Source: Octopus sinensis (Eukaryota). Taken from it: a stretch of DNA of 64,000 nt. The stretch covers positions 186,001 through 250,000 of the forward strand of contig NW_021835991.1 in NCBI RefSeq assembly GCF_006345805.1, given 5' to 3'. The translations under genes and the position numbers were made by a program. The notes beneath the pieces were generated by a model that saw only the letters and a list, made by a program, of their open reading frames with translations, was not told the DNA's origin and did not search any database. This document shows positions 36,004 to 48,506 of this stretch, in pieces; the stretch's first letter is position 1; every line of letters starts with the position of its first letter.

Positions 36004-36511
36004 TAATATTATATATTTTTTAGTTATAATTTTTGAATTTTATTTTATAATAACTAATAATAACGTGTTTCTGTTGTTATGCCGAAGAGAATTTCTGTCA
36101 AAGACAAATTAGAGATTGCAAAGGCTTTAAAAACGAAAAATATGTCTGAAAAACAAGTTTTAAATAAATTCAAGACAAGCAAAGAAACTATTTCTATACC
36201 ATTTACAACTCTATTTTGCATGTACGAAATTTAATTTGCGGTCAGTAAACTCATTTCTGCAAGTAAGAAATGATTTTTGCGGTTAAGAAAGTCAATTTTG
36301 CAATCAAGAAAATTAATTTGCGGTCATGAAAATCGGTTTTGCAAGTGGGAAATTTAATTTGCGGGTAGGAAAATCAATTTTGCTAGTAGGAATATTAATT
36401 TAGCAAGTAGGAAATTTAATTTTGCAAATTCATTTTGTATAACCTTGACGCAACATTAATGCGTTTAAACAATATATATCAAGTATTTTTACGTTTAAAA
36501 TTAAATTAAAA

Positions 36512-37453
36512 ATGGCACAAAATCGAGAAGCCTCCGAAAATTCACAAGAAAATGGTACAGAAGACATTTGCATAAACAGACAAGGAAGAGGACATTACGG
36601 AAAATATTCAATGGAAAAGCGGAAATTGATCATAGACACACACGATAGAGATGGAGATTGGCGCTCTTTATGCAGGTCTTTGGGAGTGAAAGAAAGAGGT
36701 CTTTGGCTTGATGGACAATTAATTTCATTGAAATCAATTCAGCCAATCACAATTAACATGAATACAGAGGAAAATAAAATAAAAAGAATGGAGTATTTAA
36801 CACGTCTTTTGAATGCGAGATCTAAAGGAAGAACTATAATTTGGATAGATGAGTCAAATTTTAATTTATTTTGTCGTTGTAAAGAAGGACGTTCAAAAAT
36901 TGGATGTCGGTCTATTGTTCTTGCACCTAGTAGCAGAGGATCAAATTTACATTGTATAGCTGTAATGTCATCGTCACAAATATATAATTTTAAGTGCAGA
37001 AGAGGCTCATATACAGGGGAGTCCTGTAAAACATGGTTTAAGCAACTTATTAATGAATGTGATGAATCAGGAGCTACACATCCAACATTCGTAATTGATA
37101 ATGCTCCTATTCACAGTCAACTTGAGTCTGTAATAAATTCAGGAGAAAAAAGTGAATTATTAAGACTAGCGCCATATTTTAATTTAATCAACCCAATAGA
37201 ACTTGCTTGGAGTTCATTCAAAGCTGAAGTAAAAAAAAGAATTCGTGAAAATATGGATATAATTATAAATTATAAAAAAACTGCAGAGGGACTGTCAATA
37301 ACCGAATTCAGAATGAGAATCTTGGAAAGGATTGTAATTGAGGCAAAAGAAGTATTAACTCCACAAAAGTTAATGGAATTCTCGAATCATGTGGAGAGAT
37401 ATTACTCCTCAGTTATTCGATGTGAAGATTTAACTGACAATTCTTTTTTGTAA
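36512..37453 (+). CDS. DD(33)E transposase
   Basis: WIDESNF, VIDNAPIH, NPIELAW; 33 residues between the second D and E by my count. Confidence 0.88.
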   Translation: MAQNREASENSQENGTEDICINRQGRGHYGKYSMEKRKLIIDTHDRDGDWRSLCRSLGVKERGLWLDGQLISLKSIQPITINMNTEENKIKRMEYLTRLLNARSKGRTIIWIDESNFNLFCRCKEGRSKIGCRSIVLAPSSRGSNLHCIAVMSSSQIYNFKCRRGSYTGESCKTWFKQLINECDESGATHPTFVIDNAPIHSQLESVINSGEKSELLRLAPYFNLINPIELAWSSFKAEVKKRIRENMDIIINYKKTAEGLSITEFRMRILERIVIEAKEVLTPQKLMEFSNHVERYYSSVIRCEDLTDNSFL

Positions 37454-37523
37454 TAAAAATTTCTTGCAAAATAGAATTTCTCACTTGCAAAATTGGTTTT
37501 CATTACCGCAAATTTAATTTCTT

Positions 37524-39565
37524 CTCCGGCGACCTTATCCCGTATGCACGTGACTTATTCTTCTCTGCCAATCTCACTGCCTTGAGGAAGACCGATGGTG
37601 GAGTTCGCCCCATCGCTGTCGGAAATGTCTTCAGGAGGCTGGCTGCTAAGCTTGCTTGCAGGCTCGTCTCTACTGATCTTGGCGCATTTTTCGGACCTGT
37701 TCAACTTGGAGTTGCTGTCAAGAATGGATGTGAAGGCGCCGCCCACGCAATGAGATGTTATATCGCCAATGCGTCAGCCGATTCTCGCCATGACAGGGCA
37801 CTTCTCAAACTTGACATCAAGAACGCATTTAACTGCATCCGCCGGGATCACTTCCTGTCAGTTTGCTTCGACCAGTTCCCCGTTTTGTATCCCCTGGCGC
37901 TATTGTCATATGGAAGACCTAGCTCTCTAGTATTCGGTTCGGATATTATTCCTTCAAGTACGGGAGTTCAACAGGGCGATCCACTAGGTCCCCTTCTCTT
38001 TGCCTTGGGAATAAATGGAATAGCTCGGTCGGTTTCTTCCGAACTGAATATTTGGTATCTGGACGATGCCACTATTGGCGGCTCCCCAGAGACGATTTTA
38101 AGAGACGCTTTGTCGTTGGCACCTGCACTTCTGAGGATTGGATTGGAGATTAACCCCACCAAATCCGAATTAGTCGGTGTCAACATTCCTGATAAACGCC
38201 TTGACGACCTTTCATCGTCCCTCCGCACTGGTCTTGGCCAAGTGCGCGCGACTGACGTAAATGATCTCCGGATCCTTGGATCCCCCATCCTGCCGACTGC
38301 TATTAAGACTGATCTTCTTACCAAACATTCCACGTTAACTATTTTGCTGGACCGCCTCACGTTTTTGGACAGCCACGTCGGCCTGTTTCTTGCGAAAAAC
38401 TTTTTCGCCCTGCCTAAATTACTCTACTCCCTCAGAAGTGCACCTTGTTACCTACATGAGGACATTCTCACTGATCTCGGCGACTCCCTTCGTTCGAAGA
38501 TCGAATCAATATGCAATGTCGAGTTCGACTCTTTGGGGTGGAGTCAAGCTTCACTCCCCGTACGCCACGGAGGCCTTGGAATTCGGTGTCCGAATGATGT
38601 TGCACTGCCTGCCTACCTGTCGTCACTTTCTTCATGCCAGAAACTCATGGGCACGGTTCTTCCAACCGATTTTGAACATTACGTGCCCTCTGAGTTATCA
38701 TGGGCGGTCGTAAAGTGGCACTCGCTAGGACTGGAAATCCCAGAGGATCAGCATAAGCAATTTGTTTGGGACGAAGTCCGCCTACAATCCCGAATCCAAT
38801 CTTTACGTACATCTTTCGACCAACACCGCTTGGCCTGCTTTGAGACGGCATGTCGCCCTCACAGCGGAGCCTGGCTAAATGCCACTCCACTGCCGAGCAT
38901 TGGGAACCTTCTGGACTGCGAGTCCGTACGCACTGGAATCTGTTTACGTCTCGGTCTTCGCCTATGCGAGCCACATGTCTGCCGCTGTGGCGCGAAAATC
39001 TGTCGCTTTGGATTGCACGCTCTATCGTGCAGACGCAGTGCTGGCCGCATCCCGCGTCACGCCGCTCTTAACGACCTTATCAGGAGAGCCCTGGAAGTCG
39101 CCGGAATCCCCTCCCTGCTTGAACCCACTGGGATCGATCGGGGAGACGGAAAAAGGCCTGACGGGATAACTGTGTTTCCTTTCAACAGGGGGAAGCCTCT
39201 TACCTGGGATGCCACGTGTGTGGACTCTTTCTCGCCTCAGAACCTGCTGATGTCGGCCTCCGCTCCTGGATCTATTGTCACAACCGCGGAATGCAAAAAG
39301 ATGCGGAAGTACTCCTCACTTACGGAGAAGTTCCAATTCCTTCCATTCGCGGTTGAGACTTCCGGTTCCTTGGGCAGTAAGGCAATCAGCTTCGTTCAGG
39401 AGATCGGATCCCGCATGTCTGCCATCACAGGCGACGCCCGCGAATCGAGATGGTTTTTCGAGCGGATATCCCTTGCGATAGTACGCTCTAATTCTTTCTC
39501 GATCGCGTCGGCTTCCCGCACTTGAAGCTTTTAATTAATTAACTTGTAGTTATTGGTTGGTTTTC

Positions 39566-39591
<26 letters not shown>
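37524..39591 (+). mobile_element. 5'-truncated CRE-clade retrotransposon with long poly(A)
   Basis: 8-bp TSD AATTTCTT; inserted in the right subterminal array of the Tc1 element. Confidence 0.92.
37582..39525 (+). CDS. CRE-clade RT + RLE (open, no start codon)
   Basis: GGVRPIAVG, DIKNAFN, GVQQGDPLGP, YLDD, CRCG...HALSC, KRPDG, AVET. Confidence 0.92.
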   Translation: MRKTDGGVRPIAVGNVFRRLAAKLACRLVSTDLGAFFGPVQLGVAVKNGCEGAAHAMRCYIANASADSRHDRALLKLDIKNAFNCIRRDHFLSVCFDQFPVLYPLALLSYGRPSSLVFGSDIIPSSTGVQQGDPLGPLLFALGINGIARSVSSELNIWYLDDATIGGSPETILRDALSLAPALLRIGLEINPTKSELVGVNIPDKRLDDLSSSLRTGLGQVRATDVNDLRILGSPILPTAIKTDLLTKHSTLTILLDRLTFLDSHVGLFLAKNFFALPKLLYSLRSAPCYLHEDILTDLGDSLRSKIESICNVEFDSLGWSQASLPVRHGGLGIRCPNDVALPAYLSSLSSCQKLMGTVLPTDFEHYVPSELSWAVVKWHSLGLEIPEDQHKQFVWDEVRLQSRIQSLRTSFDQHRLACFETACRPHSGAWLNATPLPSIGNLLDCESVRTGICLRLGLRLCEPHVCRCGAKICRFGLHALSCRRSAGRIPRHAALNDLIRRALEVAGIPSLLEPTGIDRGDGKRPDGITVFPFNRGKPLTWDATCVDSFSPQNLLMSASAPGSIVTTAECKKMRKYSSLTEKFQFLPFAVETSGSLGSKAISFVQEIGSRMSAITGDARESRWFFERISLAIVRSNSFSIASASRT

Positions 39592-39598
<7 letters not shown>

Positions 39599-40104
39599 TG
39601 ATTGGAAAATCGATTTTCCCAGCCGCAAAATTCATTTACTATTTGCAAAAATGATTTTCCTAACCGCAAACCGGATTTCTTACATGCAAAATTGACATTC
39701 TTGACTGCAAATTTAATTTCCAGATTGCAAAAATGATGTTCTCAGCAGCAAAATTGACTTGTAAATGGTATAGAATCAAACGAGAAATATGTAATTTTGA
39801 TGGATGTGAAGGTCTGAGGGCTTCAGAGAACCCGATGATAGTGATAAACATTCATTTCTCGACAAGGTCGTTTTTACTTCATTTCAAAAGTAATAATTAA
39901 GTTGCATAAATTTCTATAGATTAAGAAATGATAATTTAGTAGTTTCCGGACCATTATTACAATCTACTGCCAAGAAAGCAGCTCAAATTTTAAATTTACC
40001 AGAATTTAAAGCTTCCAAGAATATAAAGCTTGATCGTTTTAAGAAACGGCATCAACTTTTTTTAAAAACAATTTCTGGTGAAAAAAAGGTGTCTACTGAC
40101 AAAT

Positions 40105-40340
40105 CCGCCCTCCTCAGACTATTGGAGATTGCACCGGATAAACCTGGAGAATGGTTCTTAATCATGAACACGGACAAGACTGATGTGGTCGATGTATCAC
40201 GCTCGGATATCCCAAACTATGGAAAAATGGAGACTTTCGAAGAAGCTTGACTCTCTGCTTGGAGACCGGGAAGACATCATGCGGAGAAAGCTACTGGCCG
40301 CTGTTGCTCTAAAATCCGTCATGAAAGATTGGCTACGATA
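40105..40340 (+). mobile_element. RTE fragment inside pogo (also at about 60060-60295)
   Basis: KKLDSLLGDREDIMRRK, homologous to 17240..17518. Confidence 0.75.
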
Positions 40341-40699
40341 TTGCCCCGGGAACGCATTATATGACGGAGTTATAAAATGTCAATCTATCAAGGAACTAAT
40401 TTTTTCAATTAATGCAATGGAAGATGGCATTTTTCAGCATGCTCCAGAGATATTAAATAAATTTTATAATTTTAAGAAGTTGACAATTGATCGATTAATT
40501 CAAAAGTACAAATTCGGAGCGAAAATAACGGATCATTTCCCGACAAGTAAAGACTAAAATTGTTAAATGAAATTAAGAATAAACATCTTTTGGTTTTAAA
40601 TTTACAAAACGTTAGTTTTTTTCGTTAATATTACAAAACCCCTCTATCTGGGAAACCCCCTGAAAAGAGGTTAGACTGTATTTCAAAACAAATCTAGGC

Positions 40700-40900
40700 C
40701 TTTTTGCATAATCTGCAAAATTTCTTTGGCCAATAGTTCAATGAAATTATCAAGATTAATACACCATTTGAGAACTAGACATCTAAATCTAGTCGGATCT
40801 TCGCTTGAATATTTTCAAAATATACAAAACAAGATTGATGAACCTACAACTCTTCAAAAGTTAATCACTCATCATGCTCTTGCGCGGAAAAGGTTGAGAA
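40700..40900 (+). mobile_element. hAT (ZBED5/Buster-like) N-terminal relic
   Basis: Reads LANSSMKLSRLIHHLRTRH. Confidence 0.7.
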
Positions 40901-42589
40901 TCAGTTTTAGCTTATGATTCGACAGGATTATCAAATGTTCGATAAAGTGCATTAGAAAATTTAATAATTGCTGGGGAAAAAAAAGTTGAAAAAGGAAATT
41001 ATCATAAAAATAGACATTACATACAGCATGATTTATCTCTTTATTTCAATGTTTCTCTGGGCTGCATAAACAAAATTCTGAATAAACTGAAAACTCGACA
41101 AGTTAACAAAATTAAAAAATTCCAGTCGGAAATGTAAACCAAGCGAAATTGGACAAAAACAAAGATGGAAAATCAGATTTCCAGTAAAATGTTAACATTT
41201 GAATTTTATGCACATAGGGGCGGCCAAAGTTAAAATAAAGCATTTCGGAACACAAATTGAAAAGTCAATATTTTACAAAAATTTAAGAATTATGAATAAT
41301 AAAGAGATTAAAAAGTAATATTTTACAAAGATTTAATCAAATTTTGATCAAAACAAAAAATGCAAGAAAATAAAGTTGATAAATCGTGAAATATCAATAA
41401 AAATGAATATATATAATAGGAAGAAAATCAATTAAAAATATGCATTCAATTGAGATTAAACTAGTAAGACAATAGACACAAATTAACTGGTAAAATAACT
41501 TTTTTCAAGGTATTCTACATGTACCTAATATTTAATCAGCAATAAAATGCATATAGAAAATTATACTTTAAAAAATTTGAATAAAAGTAATAATCAACGT
41601 ACAAAAACAAAAACAAACACAACAACAGGAAAGCGTGCAGAACACGCTATTGATAATAATTCGATATTTTTATTTATTTAAAAAATAAATATTTTTAGAA
41701 AATATATAAGTTATAATTCGATAATTGATGATAGAACTTGATTATTGAAAATCCTATGAATAGAATTGTTTTTATTGTCCAAAAAACTAAAACGTAACGA
41801 ACAAGGAGAAATCGTTAACGGAAGATAAAAACAAAACACCGAAGTGTCTCTTTCAGTGTATACGCCAAGTATTGTGTTCAAACACAAGTTTTCTTCAGGA
41901 CCATCAGGATTGTGGCCGCAGAAGATACTTGAGAGTCTTCAAACCTTCCTCAAGTTGTCTCCGTAAGCCAATTTCAATACGAAACGTTTTATCTTTTCCA
42001 ACTACAGTGAATACCCCCAAATTCGCCAATTCTTAGATTAGCCTTTTTTTAAAAAATTTTAGTTTTAATGGAGATTCGCCAATTCTGAAATTCGCCACAA
42101 TTTTTTACAATTTTTAAATACAAATTAAAAAGCATGCTCAAGGTGGGTTTAGTACTACAGTCTAACCCCGGGGTGGGGCACCAAAGTGCCCCAGAAAGCG
42201 GGGGTGCCCTTCTAAACAAGGAGTCTGATTCAAACTACTGAATTATTTTTCAACGACTTTAATTACACATTTATTTCTAAGATTCCTTGTGATGGCATAT
42301 CTTAAATAGACGTCAATAACAGTTAACAACCACGAAAATTGATCATGGTCATTTACAAACCTTGAAAACTAAAATTAACTGAAAAGGTTAGATGCTAGCT
42401 AGTGTGGGTGGCTGAAAGAGTAGTTGAGAGCCTAAGGGTCACTCCAACGACTCCGCGCTGCGTATTGAATAATAGTTTTACGGAGCACGGCGACCGATAT
42501 TTGCTGAAAGAGCCAGCTCGTCTCCCACCGAACGTAAAAAACCTTGAAAATAACACAATTTTATATTTTTAGATTAATCAGAAAATCTG

Positions 42590-42948
42590 AAACCTCTAAT
42601 TCGGTACATCCACGAAAATATGACTTACGTCGTTATATTGTTTTGGTCGGACTGCAGACTGGCATTCATCGCAGTCTCTTACCACCAGAAGAATAATATT
42701 TCTTTTAGCAAAACAAAATGGTTTTCTAAACAATTCTTCTAATGCATTGTGTCCACAATAATTAGCGTCGTAAATCTCTTCTTCAATTGTTCGCATCTTC
42801 TGTTTGTTGGTTGAGGTAATAACAAGCCTGTGAATAGATAAAGAATCTTAGAGATAGAGCTTTTCGTCTATTAAAACGAATTTTTTAGCCTTCTTTGTTA
42901 GTTTATACACCAAGAAGTTGATATATTCAGTTCTTGTTTTTCGATCAT
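42590..42948 (-). mobile_element. Ginger-like integrase N-terminal relic (also at 63005-63365)
   Basis: Reads KKAKKFVLIDEKLYL...CGHN...RDCDEC. Confidence 0.65.
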
Positions 42949-44199
42949 AGCTGAGTAACATCTTAGCTGAATATAATATGAAAATAGTGAGGAATATTGA
43001 TTATATATTTTGAAGTTGAAAAGCATAGATACATTCAAGATAGCCAAGATAGTGAGAAAGAGCTCAAAACGTACAATAATTTGATAAATTTAGAATACTA
43101 ACAAGTCTTGAGACTTGGAAATGTTTAAAAGGCGTCCGATAAACAAGTTGATTTAAGAATGAGATTAAAAAATGAAGAGGAGATAGATTTAGCATATTCG
43201 ACTCTATTGAAAAAACTATACCATTTTCAGTTTAATATTGACATTTTTTGCATCAATTTTGACTATGAAATAATCAATATTGACATTTCTACATCAAGTT
43301 TGAAAAAAATTTGGCCGTTCATGCATCCTTCGTTCTCTCTCAATCCTGCGAGACAATATAGATAAAGCATTATTATTAAACAAAATTTCAAATGGAAAAT
43401 TGGTTTTTTTCAATATTTTCTTTTTAAACATTTTACTTATTTAATACATAGGAATTCTCTCTAGCAGTCATCGTTATGCCTGGTTTTATGTGTCCGTGAT
43501 TGAAGTGAAAATATTGAAATTAAAAATAATTTTCAATCTAAAAAGGTTGAATATACATCGGAAATACGGTAATAATTCCTTTTGGAAATTATGAATGTTA
43601 TGCTATAAAATTTTGTGTCTTATTTGTATCACTAATTCTGTTTTAAAAGAAATAGACTCTACTGATTTTGATCGTAGGAAAATATCAATTCTAACATAAG
43701 TTTTAAAAATATTAAAATTCCTCCAGCTAATATAGATAATTTAAGTGCATTATTAATAATGTTTTTAATTTTAATTTTTTATAAAAAGTCAGTAATTTAA
43801 ATAAATATTCCACGTATTCACCACGTGGTGTTTGTTCCACTGTGCTTCATTATTTTTTTGTTGCTAAATCTAACTTTTAGTCCCTATTTTATATGATTTT
43901 TATTCAATTTTTATCAAGAATATATTAAATAAATGCATTTTAGTAAAAATTAAATACGTTTTTCATTTGTCAAATATTTTCAAACAGAAAATTAGTCAAA
44001 TTGATTTTCATTCTCTTATCAATGATTTAATTTTTATTTAAAATGCCTTTTTATTTATTATATAACACGGGTTTAGATTGACTATTACCAATTTTCCCCA
44101 ATCAATTACAAATTTTATTAAAATTTGGAAAAAATAAAATTATTGTTTTTTTGTATATCATCGATTTCTTTATCAAATAGAAATAATTATCACCAATAA

Positions 44200-45960
44200 C
44201 CGAAAATAATTATTACAATCCAAAGCTACTGATGATCGAGAAGACGTTGCCCCTCAGGATCGCAATGGATATTCTTTGGAACAACCATTGCTTCTCCCGA
44301 GGCTCTCTCCGTCTTTATCTGTTTGAAAACTTGTTATCTAAGTCGTCTACCTTTGGCATTCTACGATAAAGGCAGCAAAATTGAACACGTTGTGGAAGCG
44401 GTACGATAAGTGATTAGAAAAGAATTAACAAGATTACATCCGATATCCACGACAGCTGTGATCATCACCATTATGGTGAAAAAACAGAACTCAAGATTGC
44501 AGCAAAACAGATGTATTTTATGGTTCTAATGTCGTTGTTACAGCCACATTTGTTGCATAAAATACGCTTTTTTTGTTGAACTTGAATAGTGCACTTTTTA
44601 ACGATTTGTCAAGATAATATAAAATTTATTTTAAAAAACCATGACTTTTGAAGTATAGTGGAGTAAGTAAAAGGTCTGCGGAAGTTGTCATATGACGAAC
44701 CATATTTTGTAAAAAAGGATATTTATATTGCCCTGAAAATGTATATGTATCCATTATAATAATCATCAATCTGCGAGCTCGATATTATTATTGCTTCCTT
44801 TTCCCTTCATTGCTAGAAGTCAACAATGTTTATCTCGACATCTTTGAAATCGGTAATCTGATTTCGTATTGTCTCAATTTGTTTGGAATAAAATGAAATT
44901 ACTCAAATTCCTGTCTGAAGAACTTTGTCGTCAAAGAGCAAATTTATACACTTAGTTCCAATATCGACCTTGTCTTTAAAATTTATTTAAATATAACGTG
45001 GATTGTGTTGTGAACCTTGCTGTGTATTACTTTCAAAATAATTGCATTTTGTTGTATCAATTAATATGACCGAGGAAGAAGTAAATTTTGTTTTCCAAAT
45101 GAATGTAATTTTACTACAAAGTAATAATTAACTTCAAAACCAGAGAAGATTCTTTTTGACTGTAGAATGTGGAATAAGATTTCTACTATAGAATTTGTTA
45201 GAGGAAATTTTATAATTCTTTTGTTCATTCGGTATTGTATTGTCAACATATTTACATTTTGTGGGTAAAGAATTGAAACCCTTTTCATTAGGGATACAGA
45301 TAAATCCCGCCTTTCTGTTCTAATTCGAATTAATCCATGATAATATTACTTTTTGATATAATTATCGGAGGTAACTGGGAATCATCACCTTCCATTATGC
45401 ATTTTTTGGACAATAATAGTCCGATCAAGCATGTAGCTTCCAAAGCCTCAATATAATTACAAATTAATAAGACTTGGCTGCATTCGTCAATCAAAACATC
45501 AAATTTTTCAGGAAACGAACTTAGTTTTGAAGCACCAGCTAATGTGGTAAACACAATTCTAGAAACCCGAATTATCTCTTCTATCTCAGTTCTTCTGACG
45601 TTATTATCAATGTTCATATTATCTCGACGTGCTTCAGAATTAAATATATAAATAAACTCTCGAATCACTACCTCATTTTTCGATTGACTCCAAAAAATGA
45701 GCTGACATTGTTATTTGACTTGAAATCGAGTTGGCTAGACCTCCCTTCAACATTCGAACTTCGTTTCCAATTCTTACAAACGAGGCCTCAGGAATATTCA
45801 AGAAACTGAATTGGTCAAGTAAATTATCTACAGCAGTATTGGAAAAGCAGTTACTAATATCTGTAAATTTGAGAAAATATAATAACTCGTTTATCAATAA
45901 GTAACTGCTGAATAATTTCTATTAAGACAGTGGTTTTTTCTGTTCCAGCCAGTTTTCGTA
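44200..45960 (-). pseudogene. IGHMBP2: IGHMBP2/SMUBP-2-like SF1 helicase pseudogene
   Basis: Degenerate Walker A (AGTEKTT), SNTAVDNL, VRIG, IDECSQ|ALE, GDDSQLPP, LTIQYRMN, and a frameshifted C-terminal AN1-type finger (FC..HHNGDDHSC). Confidence 0.65.
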
Positions 45961-46733
45961 TAACTGCATGATTCGGTTTAAAAAGGCATATTTAACGGCA
46001 TCTTTTTTCACATTTTTGAGTTTTTGGTAAGCAATTTGATTGAAGAATGCGATTAAAAAGAATGGAGAGGAGATAGATTTAGCATATTCGACTATATTTA
46101 AAAACCAGGTAAAAAATTATTATTTTATTTTTGTATCAAATAAAATTTCAAATATTTATATCGGAAAATTCCATTTTTCCAATATTTTACTTTTTCATAA
46201 TAGGAAGTTCTGAACTTTACATTCTGGAACACATCTAACTTTCAAATGATACTGTTAGTAGACGAATAAATGATCTTGCTGAGAATATTTTGTAAATTGT
46301 AATTGTCTCAATTGGTGTCTAAATTCCAAGACATTTTTCTGATATTTTAGATTTTGATAAATACTATTGTTTTCTGAACAACCCATTTTTAATTTCAGTT
46401 GAAAATTTTCCGTCTGAAAATTGTATAAATCAGGAAGAATTTATCCACATAAAAAATTATGGATATCAAAAACACGTAATTACTGAAGTTTCGCGAAGTG
46501 CTTTCTGTGTGAGACGGCATTTTAACACTACCTATTATTAAATCAAAATTTTCAAATAGATAAGATGTGTCAAATAAAAAAAATTAAAAATGATTTTAGT
46601 TTCAAACAATAATTTATTGAATGTCATTTCTTATAGCAATCAAAACTAAACCATATCATATAATAAATTTCTACTGAATGTCCAAAATAACCATTTATTT
46701 GGATAGAGAAAAATAAAAAAATTTATGTTATTT

Positions 46734-46967
46734 TTAAATTCGATTTCCAATATCATCAATTTTCTCCGACAAAAATTCTATGAACTGTACGATCATGTTG
46801 ATCACATTGAGATCATTCGGTGTCAGATTCTCTTCGTTCAAAATATATTCGTCCAACCATTGGTCTAATTCTTCAATTATATGCATTATGTAGCAAATTT
46901 TATTTAATTCATTTTCAAGATAGTCATTATTCTCATTATTGTTTGTGGTTGGAATTCTTTTTACCAT
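46734..46967 (-). CDS. Orphan acidic 77-aa ORF
   Basis: ATG to TAA in very AT-rich flanks, helical acidic composition, no motif recognised. Confidence 0.35.
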   Translation of the reverse strand: MVKRIPTTNNNENNDYLENELNKICYIMHIIEELDQWLDEYILNEENLTPNDLNVINMIVQFIEFLSEKIDDIGNRI

Positions 46968-47438
46968 TTCTGTTTTTTTTAATTTTTCCTATTTATAATA
47001 AAATTTAATGCGTGGAAAAGATTTTGTTTCAATCTAGCATTATTATTCATGAAATTACTATTTTGTTAAAAAATACAGTTTTTACGATTTAAGTAAAAAA
47101 TCTTTTTTAATTTCCTTAAATTTTATTAGACGAGATATATTTTAATTGTTCAAAACTTTAATTTTGCATATTTGATATATTTTTGAGTTTTAATATGTCA
47201 TTGGTTTCATTTATATTATGAGTAATTTATATTTAACGTTGTTATGACTCATTTTTTGTGCTAGTTTATTAATTTTAATATTAAGAAGCAATTTTTACAA
47301 TATTTTATTAATACAAAGAAGCTAATTAACTAATTAATTGCCTAAAGTCCTGAGCTTTAGACGTGAACATCAATTTTTACCATAAATTAGTATTTATTTG
47401 AGACCATAATCTGTTTAAAAAAATTACAAAATAACATA

Positions 47439-48235
47439 AAACTTGAGCGTCTCTTGGACCAGCACAGACTAGCTTGCTTCCGTGCCAGTCGCCAACCGTA
47501 TTCTGGCTCCTGGCTTAACTGCCTTCCCACGACCCATTTGGATACCTGCCTCGACTCTGATGCCCTCCGTTTTGGAATATGCCTTCGTCTGGGACTACCG
47601 ATTTGTAATCCCCACCCCTGCCGGTGTGGATCAACGATGGACACATACGGGCTCCATGCCCTTTCCTGCAAGAAAAGCGCAGGTCGCATACCTCGTCATT
47701 CGGCTCTTAACAAGATCATTCACCATGCCCTCGAAAAGGCAGGGTATCCTTCTGTCCTTGAGCCAATTGGTCTTGACCGTGGTGATGGAAAAAGGCCTGA
47801 TGGCTCGACGTTGTTCGCTTTCGACGCTGGTAAACCACTAGTTTGGGATGCCACGTGTGTTGATTCCTTCTCTAAGTCGGCCATCAACGAATCCGCCTCT
47901 CTGCCCGGGTCCCGTGCTAATAGGGCTGAACATACAAAATCCGAAAAATACCGGGGCTTGTTAGACGGCTTTTGGTTTTGGCCAATTGTTGTTGAGACTT
48001 CGTGCGTCTTTGGCACAAAGACAGTTGATCATCTAAAGAAACTTGGCCACCTCTGTTCTTTACGCTCCAAGGATCCTAGGGAATTTACATTCCTAATCCA
48101 AAGGATCCTGTTGGCCGTTGTGCGTGGGAACAGCTGTTCCATCCGGCTTGCTGGCCGATTAATTTCTGATTAATTTGGCTTTCCATATTTTTTTAATAAA
48201 TACCTGTATTAAATGTATTTGGTGTAAGATCGTCA
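47439..48235 (+). mobile_element. CRE-clade 3' fragment
   Basis: ORF 47454..48173 with CRCG, HALSC, KRPDG, VET. Confidence 0.9.
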
Positions 48236-48506
48236 TAATTAATTATTTTGTCATCAATGAGATCAATCAATGATGAGACATTTCATGTCCAATTTGAATT
48301 CCAAACAACATTGTTTAACTATTTCAAATATATCTTGTTTAACTATGACAGCTAGGTTGTCTAAATGTCTTTGAAAATGTTGTTTAGCATTGTCCCAGTT
48401 TTATAGTTTTCACAATCTCATGGCACAATAAGCATTGCATACTATTGTTGTCTGTTTCGACTACGAAGTATTCACTTTCCCAGTTGATATTAAATTTTCG
48501 ATTGTA

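Larger units (their letters stand above)
36197..39770 (+). mobile_element. IS630/Tc1-type transposon with about 20-bp subterminal repeat arrays
   Basis: TIR TACCATTTACAA, TA TSD; empty site TTTCTAGAATC in copy B near 59718. Confidence 0.9.
33509..40678 (+). mobile_element. pogo/Tigger element with nested insertions
   Basis: TA-flanked TIRs; HTH MPKRISVKDKLEIAK and CENP-B-like FKAS...RFKKRH...ISGE; copy at 59429-60651 lacks most of the inserts. Confidence 0.9.
30384..42948 (+). repeat. Segmental duplication copy A (partner 56912-63365)
   Basis: Collinear near-identical blocks, differing by discrete insertions and deletions. Confidence 0.95.

Noticed and set aside
41500-42000. Possible membrane-protein gene relic on the minus strand (also near 61950-62400)
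   Set aside because: Frames are broken and I recognise no family motif.
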